64,000 bases of DNA from Squalus acanthias (GCA_030390025.1 CM059431.1:157358001-157422000), one strand, 5' to 3'. Counted from the stretch's first letter, positions 48,188-61,594 are shown. The notes: generated by a model not told the origin, from the sequence alone. Translations and numbers: made by a program.

Positions 48188-48582
48188 CTGCGGCTCCTGA
48201 TTCTGGTTCCAGAGATTCTGGGTAAGTTAGCGTTGTGTGTTCTGCAGGTTAATGCACACACCCTGGGTAAGGATCAGTTACACATCACAGTCATAAACAC
48301 GACCTTCAGTCTGATCAGCAGAGTCCCTCATCGCCCTGTTCTCTGGTGCAGGGTTCGAACTGAATCAAACACGGTGTCCTTCGCATTGAAATGTTCTGAT
48401 GAATTACTGATAGTTTTAGCAAAGTCATTAATTCTGTGTGTGATAACAAGGATGATATTTCCCACAGCTCTTCCCACTGCAGTTCAGAAAACGCCGCAAA
48501 GAAACCGGTTTCTGCAGCGGGAATCAGTTTTGTGTCCTCAACTCAATTTTATTGCTCACCAATAAAACTGTTTATTATCGGA
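48188..48582 (-). pseudogene. IgV-like exon, copy 3 (donor deleted)
   Basis: Acceptor cttgctatctgtgcccttttatag|TC; mosaic of frames gives PIINSFIGE..KLIP/CR..F.GVF*..GNIILVITH..EHF..GTLLIRLKVV/..VYDCDV../TTLTYP; ~14-nt deletion removes the donor seen in copy 1. Confidence 0.5.
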
Positions 48583-49099
48583 CTATAAAAGGGCACAGAT
48601 AGCAAGGGACAAAGATCGCTGTTATTTTCCTTTCATCAAACACCAGTTCGAAGGACACAGTGAACTCTCTGAGTTGAAACGCTGTGTTTGGAATTATCTT
48701 CCCCTTCGATCATTAAATGTTTCTTTGTCACGATTCAAACTCTGAGTAAATGAACTACATTCGGATCGCAACTCTATTAATCTCAGTGTGAGGCCCTCAA
48801 AAATGTTAAGATATTCCTTATTGCCTTAGTATGTAAAATTGTGGTCACAAGTCCTTTCCTTTCCACCTGCTCCTTGTTTGATTTTCTTAGCTGCTTCCGT
48901 CCACATCCTACTGCATGTCGGATTCCCTATCCACCATAAAGGATAAATCAAAGCTCCAGCGTCAAACTAACATCAGCTAACCCACGTTATCTTCACCGAA
49001 TTTGGTTACAGACTCGGGAAATGCTACCTACAATAAGAGACCAGCAGATGGCTAATGTTTCTGCTCAATATTATTTACGGTTTAGTCTCACCTCACCAT

Positions 49100-50310
49100 G
49101 TTAACAGTTCGACTTGTTGAATTTGCCTATTTTGTAGTTTCACTAGGTTAGGGACTCATTCTAAGCTCTAATTTTATCCCCTGATTTTGATACTCCCATC
49201 AGATGAAATATTTTCACTCTAACTAGTTTATAGAAACCTTTTAACATTTTAAGCACCTCGATCAGATCACCTCTCAGTACTCTATACTCAAGAGAATACA
49301 AGCCAAGTTTATGCATCCTGCCAATCTGAGTACATAGCATTGATCCCCACTCTTTCTCCTAACTCACCAATAACTTCCAAACCAGGTCAAAAGGCTACCT
49401 TCAATTTCATGCACTCTCATTTTTGCAAATTATCTTTTGTGTGTAACCTTATCAAATGGCTTCTATCAGTCCACGTAGATAACATCCATAGACATTCCTT
49501 TGTCTACGTTATAAGAGATCTTCTTAAATTATTCAACTAGATTAGTCAGACACGATTACCTTTAAAAAAAACCATGATCAGCTCATATCAGCTCATATTT
49601 GCTCAAGTGCTCAGTCACTTTATCCCTAATGACCGATTCGAACATCTTCCCCACAATCAACTTTCAAGTGACATGTCTGTAGTTAGCTACTTTCTCTATG
49701 TCACACACCTTAAATAATGGAGTTGAGATAGGAATTTCCAGTCTAGTATCACAATTCCAGAATCAAGGGAGTTTTGAATGATTATTAATAGCGCTTCTGC
49801 AATTACCAACACGACGTAGATAATCTTGGGTGGAATCCGTCACTGCCTTGAAATGTTTCGATTCTAAGTACCAGTATTTATTTCATCAACATTTTTAACA
49901 TTTTAAATACAGTAAGTTCCTCCACTTGAATTGTTTTCAGTTTCCCTTCGATCACTGGTATTTTTTTCGTTTCCTCTTCTGTGATAACAGACATATAGTA
50001 TTTGTTGAAAAAAATCTACAATTACCTTGTTAGCTATTACCGTTATACTAATGCCTTATTTAATGCTATCACATCTCCTTCATCCACTCTCTTAATCTTT
50101 ATATATTTATATATTTTTTTACTATTAGCCTTTACGTTACTTTCCAGTTTTTTTCGTATTTCCTATTTACAGATCTTTTTATTTTGTTTGTGTCCCGTTG
50201 TTGTTTTCTATATTTCCCCCAGTTCTCTGGATTACCGCTTTTCTTGGCATTTGTGTAAGACACTTCCTTTAGGCTTATACTGCGACTTATCTCAACTTGC
50301 TTGACCATAT
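49100..50310 (-). mobile_element. Very old CR1 LINE fragments
   Basis: gatcagatcacctctcag, accttatcaaatggctt, aacatccatagacattcc are reverse-complement RT motifs. Confidence 0.7.
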
Positions 50311-50767
50311 CTTTTTCATGTTCTGCTCTATAGGGATACGATTTGGATGACCAGCTATGGCCTATTCACAAAATTAAGGATAGACTGATTCCAGTCACCA
50401 CACAATGATCAGGAAATGCTGGATGGAGTCAACAGTAGCGACATGAAGCCACATTCAATCATCAATAATCTGCTCACCGACGCTCAGTTCGTGTCCTGCC
50501 TGAAATCCTCGGATTGAGAATTGTTCACAGATACAAGAGTTAAATGCAAGAGAAAAAGGTGACAGCATCTTCCTCGCAAGCAACGCGGCATTTAATTCGG
50601 TTTAGAACAAGAATCCCGAGCATCCTGAGGTCAATGAGCGTCAAAGTATTAGGCTCCTGTGGCTGGAAAAAATGAATTTCGGTGACAATTTCGGACTGCG
50701 TGCTATTTTGAAAATTCTAGACCTCTAACTCTTTGCATGCAAACGTGTCATAATTTATCAAATATAT

Positions 50768-50898
50768 CAGAGTCCCAGAGAGACAGCAGTCCCAGAGAGA
50801 CAGAGTCCTAGAGAGAGGCAGAGTCCCAGAGAGTCTCTAGGATTCTGACTCTCTGGGACGCTGACTATCTCTGGGACTTTGTATCTCTGGGACACTGC
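50768..50898. repeat. Short tandem-plus-inverted repeat (gtcccagaga / tctctgggac) at CR1 5' junction
   Basis: Four gtcc[ct]agagag units followed by reverse-complement tctctgggac units. Confidence 0.8.
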
Positions 50899-53800
50899 AT
50901 ATCACTGGCTATGTGGGAAATCAGGTAAACTTCCTGTGACCCTGCTGACCATGTGTGCGGGAAGTGTATCCAGCTGCAGCTACCGGCAGACTGCATTGCG
51001 GCGCTAGACCTGCGAATGGGTGCATACTGGAGCGTTCGCGATGCTGATGACATCGTGGTTACCACGTTTAGGGAGTTGGTCACACCGCAGGTAAAGGCTG
51101 CGCAGGCAGGAAGGGAATGGGTGACCGCCAGGCAGAGTAGTAGGCGCAGGCAGTTAGTGCAGGGGTACCCTGTGGAATTCCCCCTCTCAAACAGATGTAG
51201 CACTTTAGATATTGTTGAGGGAGATGGCTTATCGGGGGAAGGCAGCAGCAGCCAACTTCCTGTCACCATGCGTGATTCTGCTGCACAGGACGGGAGGAAA
51301 AAGAGCGGGAGAGCCATAGTGATAGGGGATTCTATTGTAAGGGGAATAGATAGGCGTTTCTGCGGTCGCAAACGAGACTTCAGGATGGTATGTTGCCTCC
51401 CTGGTGCAAGGGTCAAGGATGTCTCGGAGCGGCTGCAGGGCATTCTGGAGGGGGAGGGTGAACAGCCAATTGTCGTGGTGCATATAGGCACCAACGATAT
51501 CGGTAAAGAACGTGATGAGCTCCTAAAAGCTGAATATGGAGTTAGGAGGTAAATTTAAAAATAGGACCTCAAAGGAACTAATCTCAGGATTGCTAATTGT
51601 ACCACGTACTAGTCAGAGTAGAAATAGAAGGATATTTCAGATGAATACGTGGCTAGAGGAATACTGCAAGGTGGAGGGATTCAAATTTCTGGGACATTGG
51701 AACCGGTTCTGGGGGAGGTGGGACCAGTACAAACTGGACGGTTTGCACCTGGGCAGGACCGGGACCGATGTCCTAGGGGGAGTGTTTGCTAGTGCTGTTG
51801 GGGAGGGTTTAAACTAAAATGGCAGGGGGTTGGGATCCTGTGCAGGGAAACAGAGGAAAGGGCAGCAAGGATAGAAGCAAACTACAGGAAGGAGAAAAGA
51901 AAAAGTGGAATGCAGAGAAATCAAGGGTGTAAATCAAACAGGGCTACAGTAAATAATATTTCTAAAAGGACTAAGAGTGTCTTAATGCGAGAAGAATTCG
52001 TAATAAGGTGGATGAATTAGCTGCGCAAATTGATGTAAACGGATATTATATTATTGGGATTATGGAGACATGGCTCCAGGGTGACCAAGGCTGGGAATTC
52101 AACATCCAGGGGTATTCAATATTCAGGAAGGACAGACAAAAAGGAAATGAGGTGGGATAGCATTGCTGGTTAAAGAGGAGATTAACACAATAGTAAGGAA
52201 GGAATAGTGATGATGTGGAATCTGTATGGGTAAAGCTGAGGAATACCAAGGGGCCGAAAACGTTAGCGGGAGTTGTATACAGAGCCCCCAACAGTAATGT
52301 TCAGATTGGGGATGGCTTTAAATGGAACATTAGAGACGCGTGCAATAAGGGCACAGCAGTTATCATGGGTGACTTTAAACTACATATAGATTGGGCTAAC
52401 CCAATTAGTAACAATACTGTGGAAGAGGAATTCCTAGAGTGTATATGGGATGGTTACCTGGACCAATTTGTCGAGGAACCAACTAGAGATCAGGCCATCT
52501 TAGACTGGGTATTATGTAATGAGAAAGGATTAATTAGCAATCTTGTTGCGCGAGGCCCCTTGGGGAGGAGCGATCATAATTTGATAGAATTCGTCATTAA
52601 GATGGGGAGTGAAGTGGTTGACTTCGAGACTAGGGTCCTGAATTTAAATAAAATAAACTACGATGGTATGAGGCGCGAGTTGGCTAGGATGGATTGGGGA
52701 ATGTTACTTAAGGGTTGACTATGGATAGGCAATGGCAAACATTTAAAGATCGCATGGATGAACTGCAGAATTTGTTCATCCCTGTTTGGCATAATATTAA
52801 AACAAAAAAGGTGACTCAACCGTGGCTAACAACGGAAATTAGGGTGCAAGGAGAGGACATATAAATTGGGCAGAAAAAGCAGCAAACCTGAGGATTGGGT
52901 GCAATTTAGGATTCAGCAAAGGAGGACAAAGGGATTAATTAAGAAGGGGAAAATAGAATATGAGAGTTACCTTGCAGGTAACATAAAAACTGACTGTAAA
53001 AGCTCCTATAGATATGTGAAGACAAAAAAGATTGTTTTAGTCAAGCATAGGTCCCTTGCAGTAAGATTCAGGGGAATTTATAATGGGGAACAAATAAATG
53101 GCAGACCAATTAAATACATACTTTGCTTCTGTCTTCACAAAGGAGGACACAAATAAACTCCCAGATATGTCGGGAAACATACGGTCTAATGAGAGGGAGG
53201 AAATGAATGAAATCAGTATTTGTAGGGAAACGGTGTTAGTGAAATTGACGGGTTGAAGGCCGATAAATCCCCAGGGCCAGATAATCTCTATCCTAGGGTA
53301 TTTAAGGAAGTGGCCCTAGAAATAGTAGATGCATTGCTGGTCATCTTTCAAAATTCTATAGAGTGTGGAACAGTTCCCATGGATTGGAGGGTAGTTAATG
53401 TAACAGCACTATTTAAAGAAGGTGGTAGAGCAAAAATGGGGAATTATAGACCGGTAAGCCTGACATCGGTAGGGGGCAAAATGCTAGAGTTCATTAGAAA
53501 AGATATAATAGCAGAGCGCTTGGAAAACAGTGTCAGGACCGGACAAACTCAACATGGATTTACAAAAGCTAAATCATGCCTGACGAATCTACTGGAATTT
53601 TATGAGCATGTAAATGGTAGAATAGATAAGGGAGAAACAGTGGATGTGGTGTATTTGGAATTTCAGAAGCCTATCGATCAGGTCCCGCATAAGTGATTTG
53701 CTTGCAAAGTTAAAGCACATGGAATTGGGGGTAAGGTATTGATTTGGATAGAGAACTGGTTGGCAGACAGGAAGCAAAGAGTTGGAATAAACGGGTCTTT

Positions 53801-54850
53801 TTTCCGAGTGGCTGGCAGTGACTAGTGGGGTACCGCAGGGATCGGTGCTAGGACCCCAGCTATCCAAAATATATATTAATGATCTAGATGAGGTAACTAG
53901 ATGTAATATCTCTAAGTTTGCAGACGAAGCAAAGCTGGGTGAGCGTGTGTGCTGTGATGAGGATGCAGAGAAACTCCCGTATGATTTGAACAGGTTGTGT
54001 GATTGGGCAGATGCATGGCAGATGCAGTATAATGTGGATAAATGCGAGGTTATCCACTTTGGTGGCAAAAACAGAAAGACAGATCATTATCGGAATGGCA
54101 ATAGATTGGGATATGGGGAAGTGTAACGAGATCTGGGAGTCCTTGTGCACCGGTCGCTGAAGGTATGCATGCAGTTGCAGCAGGCGGTTAAGAAGGCAAA
54201 TGGTATGTTGGCCTTCATAGCGAGAGGATTCGAGTACAGGAGCAAGGATGTCTTGCTGCAGTTGTACAAGGCCTTGGTTAGACCACACCTTGAGTATTGT
54301 GTGCAGTTTTTGTCGCGTTATCTGAGGAAGGATGTTCTTCCCATGGAGGGTGTGTAGCGAAGATTTACCAGATGGATACCTGGGATTGCTGCAATGACGT
54401 ATGAAGAGAGATTGGGTCGATTAGGCTTATATTCGCTAAAGTTTAGAACAATGAGAGGGGATCTCATTGAAACTTATACAATTCTAATAGGACTGGACAG
54501 TCTGGATGCAGGAAGGATGTTCCCGATGGCGGGTGAGTCCAGAACCAGACGTTACAGTCTAAGGATAAGGGGTAAGCCATTTAGGACTGAGAGGAGGAGG
54601 AATTTCTTCACCCAGAGAGTGGTGAAGCTGTGGAACTCTTTACCACAGAAGGCAGTTGAGGCCAATTCATTAAATATATTCAAGAAGGAGCTAGATATAT
54701 TTCTTAATGCTAAAGGGCTCAACGGATATGGGGAGAAAGCAGGGACAGGGTGCTAAATTTGGATGACAGCCATGATCTCACTGAATGGCGTAGCAGGCTC
54801 GAGGGTCCGAATGGCCTAATCCTGCTCCTATCTTCTATATTTCTATGAAT
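50895..54850 (+). mobile_element. Near full-length decayed CR1 LINE (ORF1 SGNH esterase plus ORF2)
   Basis: ORF 50953-51552 (CGKC, IVIGDSIVRG, VVVHIGTND); ORFs 52215, 53253, 53818, 54145 and 54394; 3' tail at 54790-54850. Confidence 0.95.
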
Positions 54851-54859
54851 ACATTTATG

Positions 54860-56520
54860 CAATATGAAATATGGGAAGCAGGAAATGTAGTAAATAGGAA
54901 ACATTGGAAACGGGAACATAAGAAGTAGTAAACATAGGAAACCAAAAATACAGCAAATTGCAAAAAAAATGAAACATAAGGAACTGCATAAATAAGAAAG
55001 AGTAAATACAGGAAATAGCAAAAAAAGAGGAAGTATAAAGAGCAGTTAAAATAAGAAACAATAAAAATACGACACAGGAAGCATGTGAAACAGGATAATT
55101 AAGTCAATGAAAATGTATGCACAGGAAACATACGCGACAGGAAATATAGGAAACAGGAAATATGATAAAGTGGAAATGTAGTAAACAGGATACGTTGAAA
55201 ATATGAAATATAAGAAACGGTAAACAAAGGAAACATTAAACTAATGAAACAGGAAACATTATATATAGGACACAGGAATCATATGAAACGTAGGAAAGAG
55301 AAAACATGATAAACAATAAATAGAATAAACAGTAAACAGAATATTTAAGAAGCAGGCACATAAGAAACGTGAAACATAAGAAACAGTAAAAAAAAGAAAA
55401 GAGGAAACATAGAAAACAGGAACTATAGGAAACAGTCAACATTGCAAACAGGATACAAGAGAAACAGTAAAATCCTGAGGATACATAGGAAACAGGAATC
55501 TTATGAAACAGGAAATATAGGAAAGAGAACACAGGGCAAACAGGAAACATAAGCAAGAGTAAAGAGAGGAAAGAATAAACATAGGAATCAAGAAACAAGG
55601 AAAGAGGAAACATAAGACCAGAAAATATAATAAATTATAAACATAAGAATGAGGAAACATAAGAAAAAGGAATCAAATTAAACAGTAAATATTAGCAAAA
55701 GCAAATTTAGGAAACATGAAATATTGGAAAAAGAAAACACAGGGAACAGGAAACACAAGAAATAGGAATCATAGGATAAAGTAAATACAGGAAACAACAA
55801 AAAAAAAGAAAACAGGAAACATAAGGAACAGCAAATATAGGAAATATAGGAAACAGGAATATGCGAAACTGGAAATGTAGGAAACAGGAAACATAGAAAA
55901 TATGAAAAATAGGAAACAGTAAAAAAGTAAACAGTAATCATAAACAGTAAACATAGGAAACACTAAACATACAAAACATTAAACATGGGAAACGGTAAAT
56001 ATGGGAAACAGTAAACTTAGGAATAATTAATCTAAGAAACAATAAACATGTGAAACACTTCACATTGGAGACGGACATCATGAGAACCAGTAAACACAGG
56101 ACACATTAAAAAAGATGTCGGAAATAGGAAAGAGAAAACAAAGGGAATAGTAACAACAGGAATCAAAAAAACATAGGAAACAGGAAGCATAAGAAACATC
56201 AAAAAAGTAAAGAGGAATCATAGTGAACAGTAAACATTGCAAAGACGAAAAATAGCAATCAAGAAACACAGAAAATGTAGGAAAGAGGACATTTAAGAAA
56301 CAGTAAATATAGCAAACAAGAAACATAGAAACAGTAATTTTTGAAATATAAAATAAAAATAACAAAAATCATAAGGAAGAGTAAACATAGGAAACAGGAA
56401 ACAAGAAAAAGGCAACATAGGAATTGGGAAACATAAGAATTAGTAAACATTGGAAAAAGTTAACATAAGGATCAATAATTTTGGAAACAGGAAATATGAA
56501 AAAGGAAACACAAGAAAGAG
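54860..56520 (+). repeat. Purine-rich degenerate microsatellite (aaacatagg/aaacagg/aaacagta), resuming at 61448-61610
   Basis: Low-complexity A/G-rich 7-9-nt units. Confidence 0.9.
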
Positions 56521-57727
56521 ACCTGGGTGGAGCGGCTGCGGCGAGGCGGAGGACTTGAGAGGCGGCGGCGACCAGGTAGGCCCACAGAGGCGGTGGACCT
56601 GGGTGTAGCGGCTGCGGCGAGGCGGAGGACTTAAGAGGCGGCGGCGACCAGGTAGGCCCACAGAGGCGGCGGACCTGGGTGGAGCGGCTGCGGCGAGGCG
56701 GAGGAATTAAGAGGCGGCGGCGACCAGGTAGGCCCACAGAGGCGGCGGACCTGGGTGGAGCGGCTGCGGCGAGGCGGAGGACTTAAGAGGCGGCGGCGAC
56801 CAGGTAGGCCCACAGAGGCGGCGGAACTGGGTGGAGCGGCTGCGGCGAGGCAGAGGAATTAAGAGGCGGCGGCGACGGCGACCAGGTAGGCCCACAGAGG
56901 CGGCGGACCTGGGTGGAGCGGCTGCGGCGAGGCGGAGGACTTAAGAGGCGGCGGCGACCAGGTAGGCCCACAGAGGCGGCGGACCTGGGTGGAGCGGCTG
57001 CGGCGAGGCGGAGGACTTAAGAGGCGGCGGCGACCAGGTAGGCCCACAGAGGCGGCGGACCTGGGTGGAGCGGCTGCGGCGAGGCGGAGGACTTAAGAGG
57101 CGGCGGCGACCAGGTAGGCCCACAGAGGCGGCGGACCTGGGTGGAGCGGCTGCGGCGAGGCGGAGGACTTAAGAGGCGGCGGCGACCAGGTAGGCCCACA
57201 GAGGCGGCGGACCTGGGTGGAGCGGCTGCGGCGAGGCGGAGGACTTAAGAGGCGGCGGCGACCAGGTAGGCCCACAGAGGCGGCGGACCTGGGTGGAGCG
57301 GCTGCGGCGAGGCGGAGGACTTAAGAGGCGGCGGCGACCAGGTAGGCCCACAGAGGCGGCGGACCTGGGTGGAGCGGCTGCGGCGAGGCGGAGGAATTAA
57401 GAGGCGGCGGCGACCAGGTAGGCCCACAGAGGCGGCGGACCTGGGTGGAGCGGCTGCGGCGAGGCGGAGGACTTAAGAGGCGGCGGCGACCAGGTAGGCC
57501 CACAGAGGCGGCGGACCTGGGTGGAGCGGCTGCGGCGAGGCGGAGGACTTAAGAGGCGGCGGCGACCAGGTAGGCCCACAGAGGCGGCGGACCTGGGTGG
57601 AGCGGCTGCGGCGAGGCGGAGGACTTAAGAGTCGGCGGCGACCAGGTAGGCCCACAGAGGCGGTGGAGCGGCTGCGGCGAGGCGGAGGACTTAAGAGGCG
57701 GCGGCGACCAGGTAGGCCCACAGAGGC
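56521..57727 (+). repeat. 76-bp GC/CpG-rich tandem array (~16 near-identical units) at the 5' end of a young CR1
   Basis: Unit acctgggtggagcggctgcggcgaggcggaggacttaagaggcggcggcgaccaggtaggcccacagaggcggcgg; ORF track repeats every 76 nt, with one 82-nt and one 66-nt variant. Confidence 0.97.
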
Positions 57728-60700
57728 TTTTAAAGTGCGGGACGCAGTGGTTGCTGGGTAGGTGATTAATTTTTACCTGTATATAAGTTGGGCTAGGAGG
57801 AAGCAGTCAGTGCAGGGATCCTCTGTGGTCGTTCCCCTCAGTATACAGCTTTGAATACTGTTGAGGGGGACGACTTACCAGTGGTAAGCCACGGTGACCG
57901 GATCTCCGGCGCTGGGTCGGTCCCTGTGGCTCAGAAGGGAAGGGAAGGGGGGAGAGCAGGAGAGCAATAGTTATTGGGGACTCAATAGTCAGAGGGACAG
58001 ATAGGAGGTTCTGTGGCAGCAAAAGAGACTCACGGATGGTATGTTGCCTCCCGGGTGCTAGGGTCCGTGACGTCTCGGACCGTGTTTTCAGAATCCTCAA
58101 AGGGGAAGGGGAACAATCACAAGTCGTGGTACACATCGGTACCAACGACATAGGTAGGAGAAGGGACGGGGATTTATAACAGGAATTTAGGGAGCTAGGT
58201 TGGAAGCTGAGAGCCAGTACAAACCATGTTGTAATTGCTGGTTTGTTGCCGGTGCCACGTGCTAGCGAGTTGAGGAACAGGGAGAGAGTGCAGATAAACA
58301 CGTGGCTGCAGGGATGGTGTAGGGGGGAGGGTTTCAGTTATGTGGATAATTGGAGCACATTCTGGGGAAGGTGGGACCTGTACAAACAGGACGGTTTGCA
58401 CCTGAACCAGAGGGGCACCAATATCCTGGGAGGGAAATTTGCTACGGCTCTTCGGGGGGGTTTAAACTAATTTTTCAGGGGGATGGGAAAAAGAGCTGTA
58501 GTCCACGAGCCAGTGGTGAGTGTAGAGAGGTACTGAGGAGGGTATCAAGGTCGCAGGAATGTACCGGCAGACAGGAAGATGGCTTGAAGTGTGTCTACTT
58601 CAATGCAAGGAGCATCCGGAATAAGGTAGGAGAACTTGGAGCGTGGATTGGTACTTGGGACTACGATGTGGGGGCCATTACGGAGACATGGTTAGAACAG
58701 GGACAGGAATGGTTGTTGGAAGTTCCGGGGTATAGATGTTTCAGTAAGAGTAGGGAAGTTGGTAAGAAAGGTGGAGGAGTAGCATTGTTAATCAAGGATA
58801 GTTTAACAGCGGCAGAAAGGCAGTTCGAGGGGGATCTGCCGTCTGAGGTAATATGGGCTGAAGTTAGAAATAGGAAAGGAGCGGTCACGTTGTTAGGAGT
58901 TTTCTACAGGCCCCCAAATAGTAATAAAGATGTGGAGGAAGAAATTGCAAAGCAGATTATGAATAGGTGTGGAGGTCACAGAGTAGTTGTCATGGGTGAC
59001 TTCAACTTTCCAAATATTGATTGGAACCTTTATAGGTCAAACAGTTCGGATGGGATAGTTTTTGCACAGTGTGTGCAGGAGGGTTTCCTGACACAATATG
59101 TGGATAGGCCGACAAGAGGTGGGGCCACGTTGGATTTGGTACTGGGTAATGAACCGGGCCAAGTGTTTGATTTGTATGTGGGAGAGCACTTTGGAGATAG
59201 TGACCACAATTCGGTAACTTTCACTATTGCAATGGAGAGGGATAGGGCCATACTGCAGGGCAGGGTTTATAATTGGGGGAGGGGTAATTATGATGCGATT
59301 AGGCAAGAATTAGGGAGTATAAGATGGGAACAGAAACTATCAGGGAAAGGCACAAACGAAAAGTGGAGCTTTTTCATGGAGCAATTACTGCGTGTCCTTG
59401 ATAGGTATGTCCCTATCAGGCAGGGAGGAAATGGCCGAGTGAGAGAACCATGGTTCACAAAAGAGGTTGAATGTCTAGTCAAGAGGAAAAAGGAAGCGTA
59501 TTTAAGGATGAGAAAACAAGGTTCAGTTGGGTCGATTGAGGGGTACAAGGTAGCAAGGAATGAGCTAAAAAAAGAGCTTAGGAGAGCTAGGAGGGGGCAT
59601 GAGAAGTCCTTGGCGGGTCGGATCAAGAAAAACCCCAAGGCTTTTTACTCTTATGTGAGAAATAAAAGAATGACCAGGGTGAGGGTAGGTCCGGTCAAGG
59701 ACAGTAGTGGGAACTTGTGCATGGAGTCAGAAGAGATAGGAGAGGTGATGAATGAATACCTTTCGTCAGTGTTCACCGAGGAGAGGGGCCATGTTCTTGA
59801 GGATGAGAGTGTGATAAAGGTGGATAGGCTGGAGGTGGTAGATGTTCTGAGGAAAGATGTTTTAGCAATTTTGAAGAACCTGAGGATCGATAAGTCCCCT
59901 GGGCCAGATGGGATATATCCTAGGATTCTTTGGGAGGCAAGGGAGGAGATTGCAGAGCCTCTGGCTTTGATCTTTGGGTCCTCACTGTCCACGGGGATGG
60001 TACCAGAGGACTGGAGAGTGCCGAATGTTGTTCCTCTCTTCAAGAAAGGAAATAGGAATGACCCTGGTAATTATAGGCCGGTTAGTCTTACTTCGGTGGT
60101 TGGTAAGATAATGGAAAAGGTCCTGAGGGATAGGATTTATGACCATTTGGAAAGGGGCAACTTAATCAGGGATAGTCAACACGGATTCGTGAAGGGTAAG
60201 TCTTGCCTAACAAATTTGATTGAATTCTTTGAGGAGGTAACTAAGTGTGTAGATGAAGGTAGAGCAGTTGATGTCGTATACATGGATTTTAGTAAGGCGT
60301 TTGATAAGGTTCCCCATGGTCGTCTCATGAAGAAAGTAAGGAGTTGTGGGAAAGAGGGAAATTTGGCCGATTGGATAAGTAACTGGCTATCTCATAGAAG
60401 GCAGAGGGTGGTGGTGGATGGAACATTTTCGGACTAGAGACCAGTTACCAGCGGTGTGCCACAGGGGTCGGTGCTGGGTCCTCTGCTGTTTGTGATTTTT
60501 ATCAATGACTTGGAGGAGGGGACTGAAGGGTGGATCAGTAAATTTGCTGATGACACCAAGATTGGTGGAGTAGTGGATGAGGTGGAGGGCAGTTGTAGGC
60601 TGCAAAGAGACATTGATAGGATGCAGAGCTGGGCCGAAAAATGGCAGATGGAATTTAACCCTGATAAGTGCGAGGTGATTCATTTTGGTAGGGCAAATTT

Positions 60701-61447
60701 GAATAAGGATTACAGGGTCAACGGCAGGGTTCTGAGGAACGTGGAGGAGCAGAGGGATCTGGGGGTTCATATCCACAGATCTCTGAAGGTTGCCACTCAA
60801 GTGGATAGAGCAGTAAAGAAGGCCTATGGTGTGTTGGCGTTTATTAACAGAGGGTTTGAGTTTAAGAACCGTGAGGTTATGCTGCAACTGTACAGGACCT
60901 TGGTGAGACCACATTTGGAATATTGTGTGCAGTTCTGGTCACCTCACTATAGGAAGGACGTGGAAGCATTGGAAAGAGTGCAAAGGAGATTTACCAGGAT
61001 GCTGCCTGGTTTGCGGGGGAGGTCTTATGAGGAAAGATTGAGGGAGTTGGGGCTTTTCTCTTTAGAGCGGAGGAGGATGAGAGGCGACTTAATAGAGGTT
61101 TATAAGATGATGAGGGGGATAGATAGAGTGGATGTTCAGAGACTATTTCCTCGGGTAGAGGCAGCTGTTACAAGGGGGCATAACTATAAGGTGCATGGGG
61201 GGAGATATAGAAGGGATGTCCGAGGTAGATTCTTTACTCAGAGAGTGGTTGGGGTGTGGAATGGACTGCCTGCTGTGATAGTGGAGTCGGACACTTTAGG
61301 AACTTTCAAGAGGTTATTGGATAAGCACATGGAGCACACCAGAGTGATAGGGAGTGTGATAGCTTGATCTTGGTCTCGGACAATGCTCGGCACAACATCG
61401 AGGGCCGAAGGGCCAGTACTGTGCTGTACTGTTCTATGTTCTAGGTT
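56521..61447 (+). mobile_element. Young CR1 LINE: tandem 5' array, N-terminally deleted ORF1, ORF2 with a single premature stop
   Basis: ORF1 esterase 57790-58470; ORF2 58350-60437 (LKCVYFNARSIRNK, AITETWL, GDSDH, RT) and 60456-61367 in the same frame across one TAG; (gttctat)n tail. Confidence 0.93.
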
Positions 61448-61594
61448 CAAACAGGAAAATAGGAAACAGCAAATATAGGAAAAAAACAACATTGGAAAAA
61501 GGACACATGAGAAACTTTAAAAAAGAAAAGAAGAAACAAAGTAATCAAATGTAACAGGTAATATAGGATAACAAAATAAAGGAAACAGCATAAA

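Noticed and set aside
48233..48565. Plus-strand ORFs conserved across the three duplicated blocks (HTLGKDQLH...) as a gene
   Set aside because: Splice signals bounding the conserved block are on the minus strand, and the plus frames break at different places in each copy.
54719..56450. Hydrophobic Phe/Leu/Cys-rich ORFs as membrane proteins
   Set aside because: They are translations of a low-complexity pyrimidine strand.
56369..57721. Array of MGLPGRRR peptides, or a CRISPR-like array
   Set aside because: These are antisense readings of a 76-bp tandem repeat with no unique spacers and no cas genes, in a vertebrate context.
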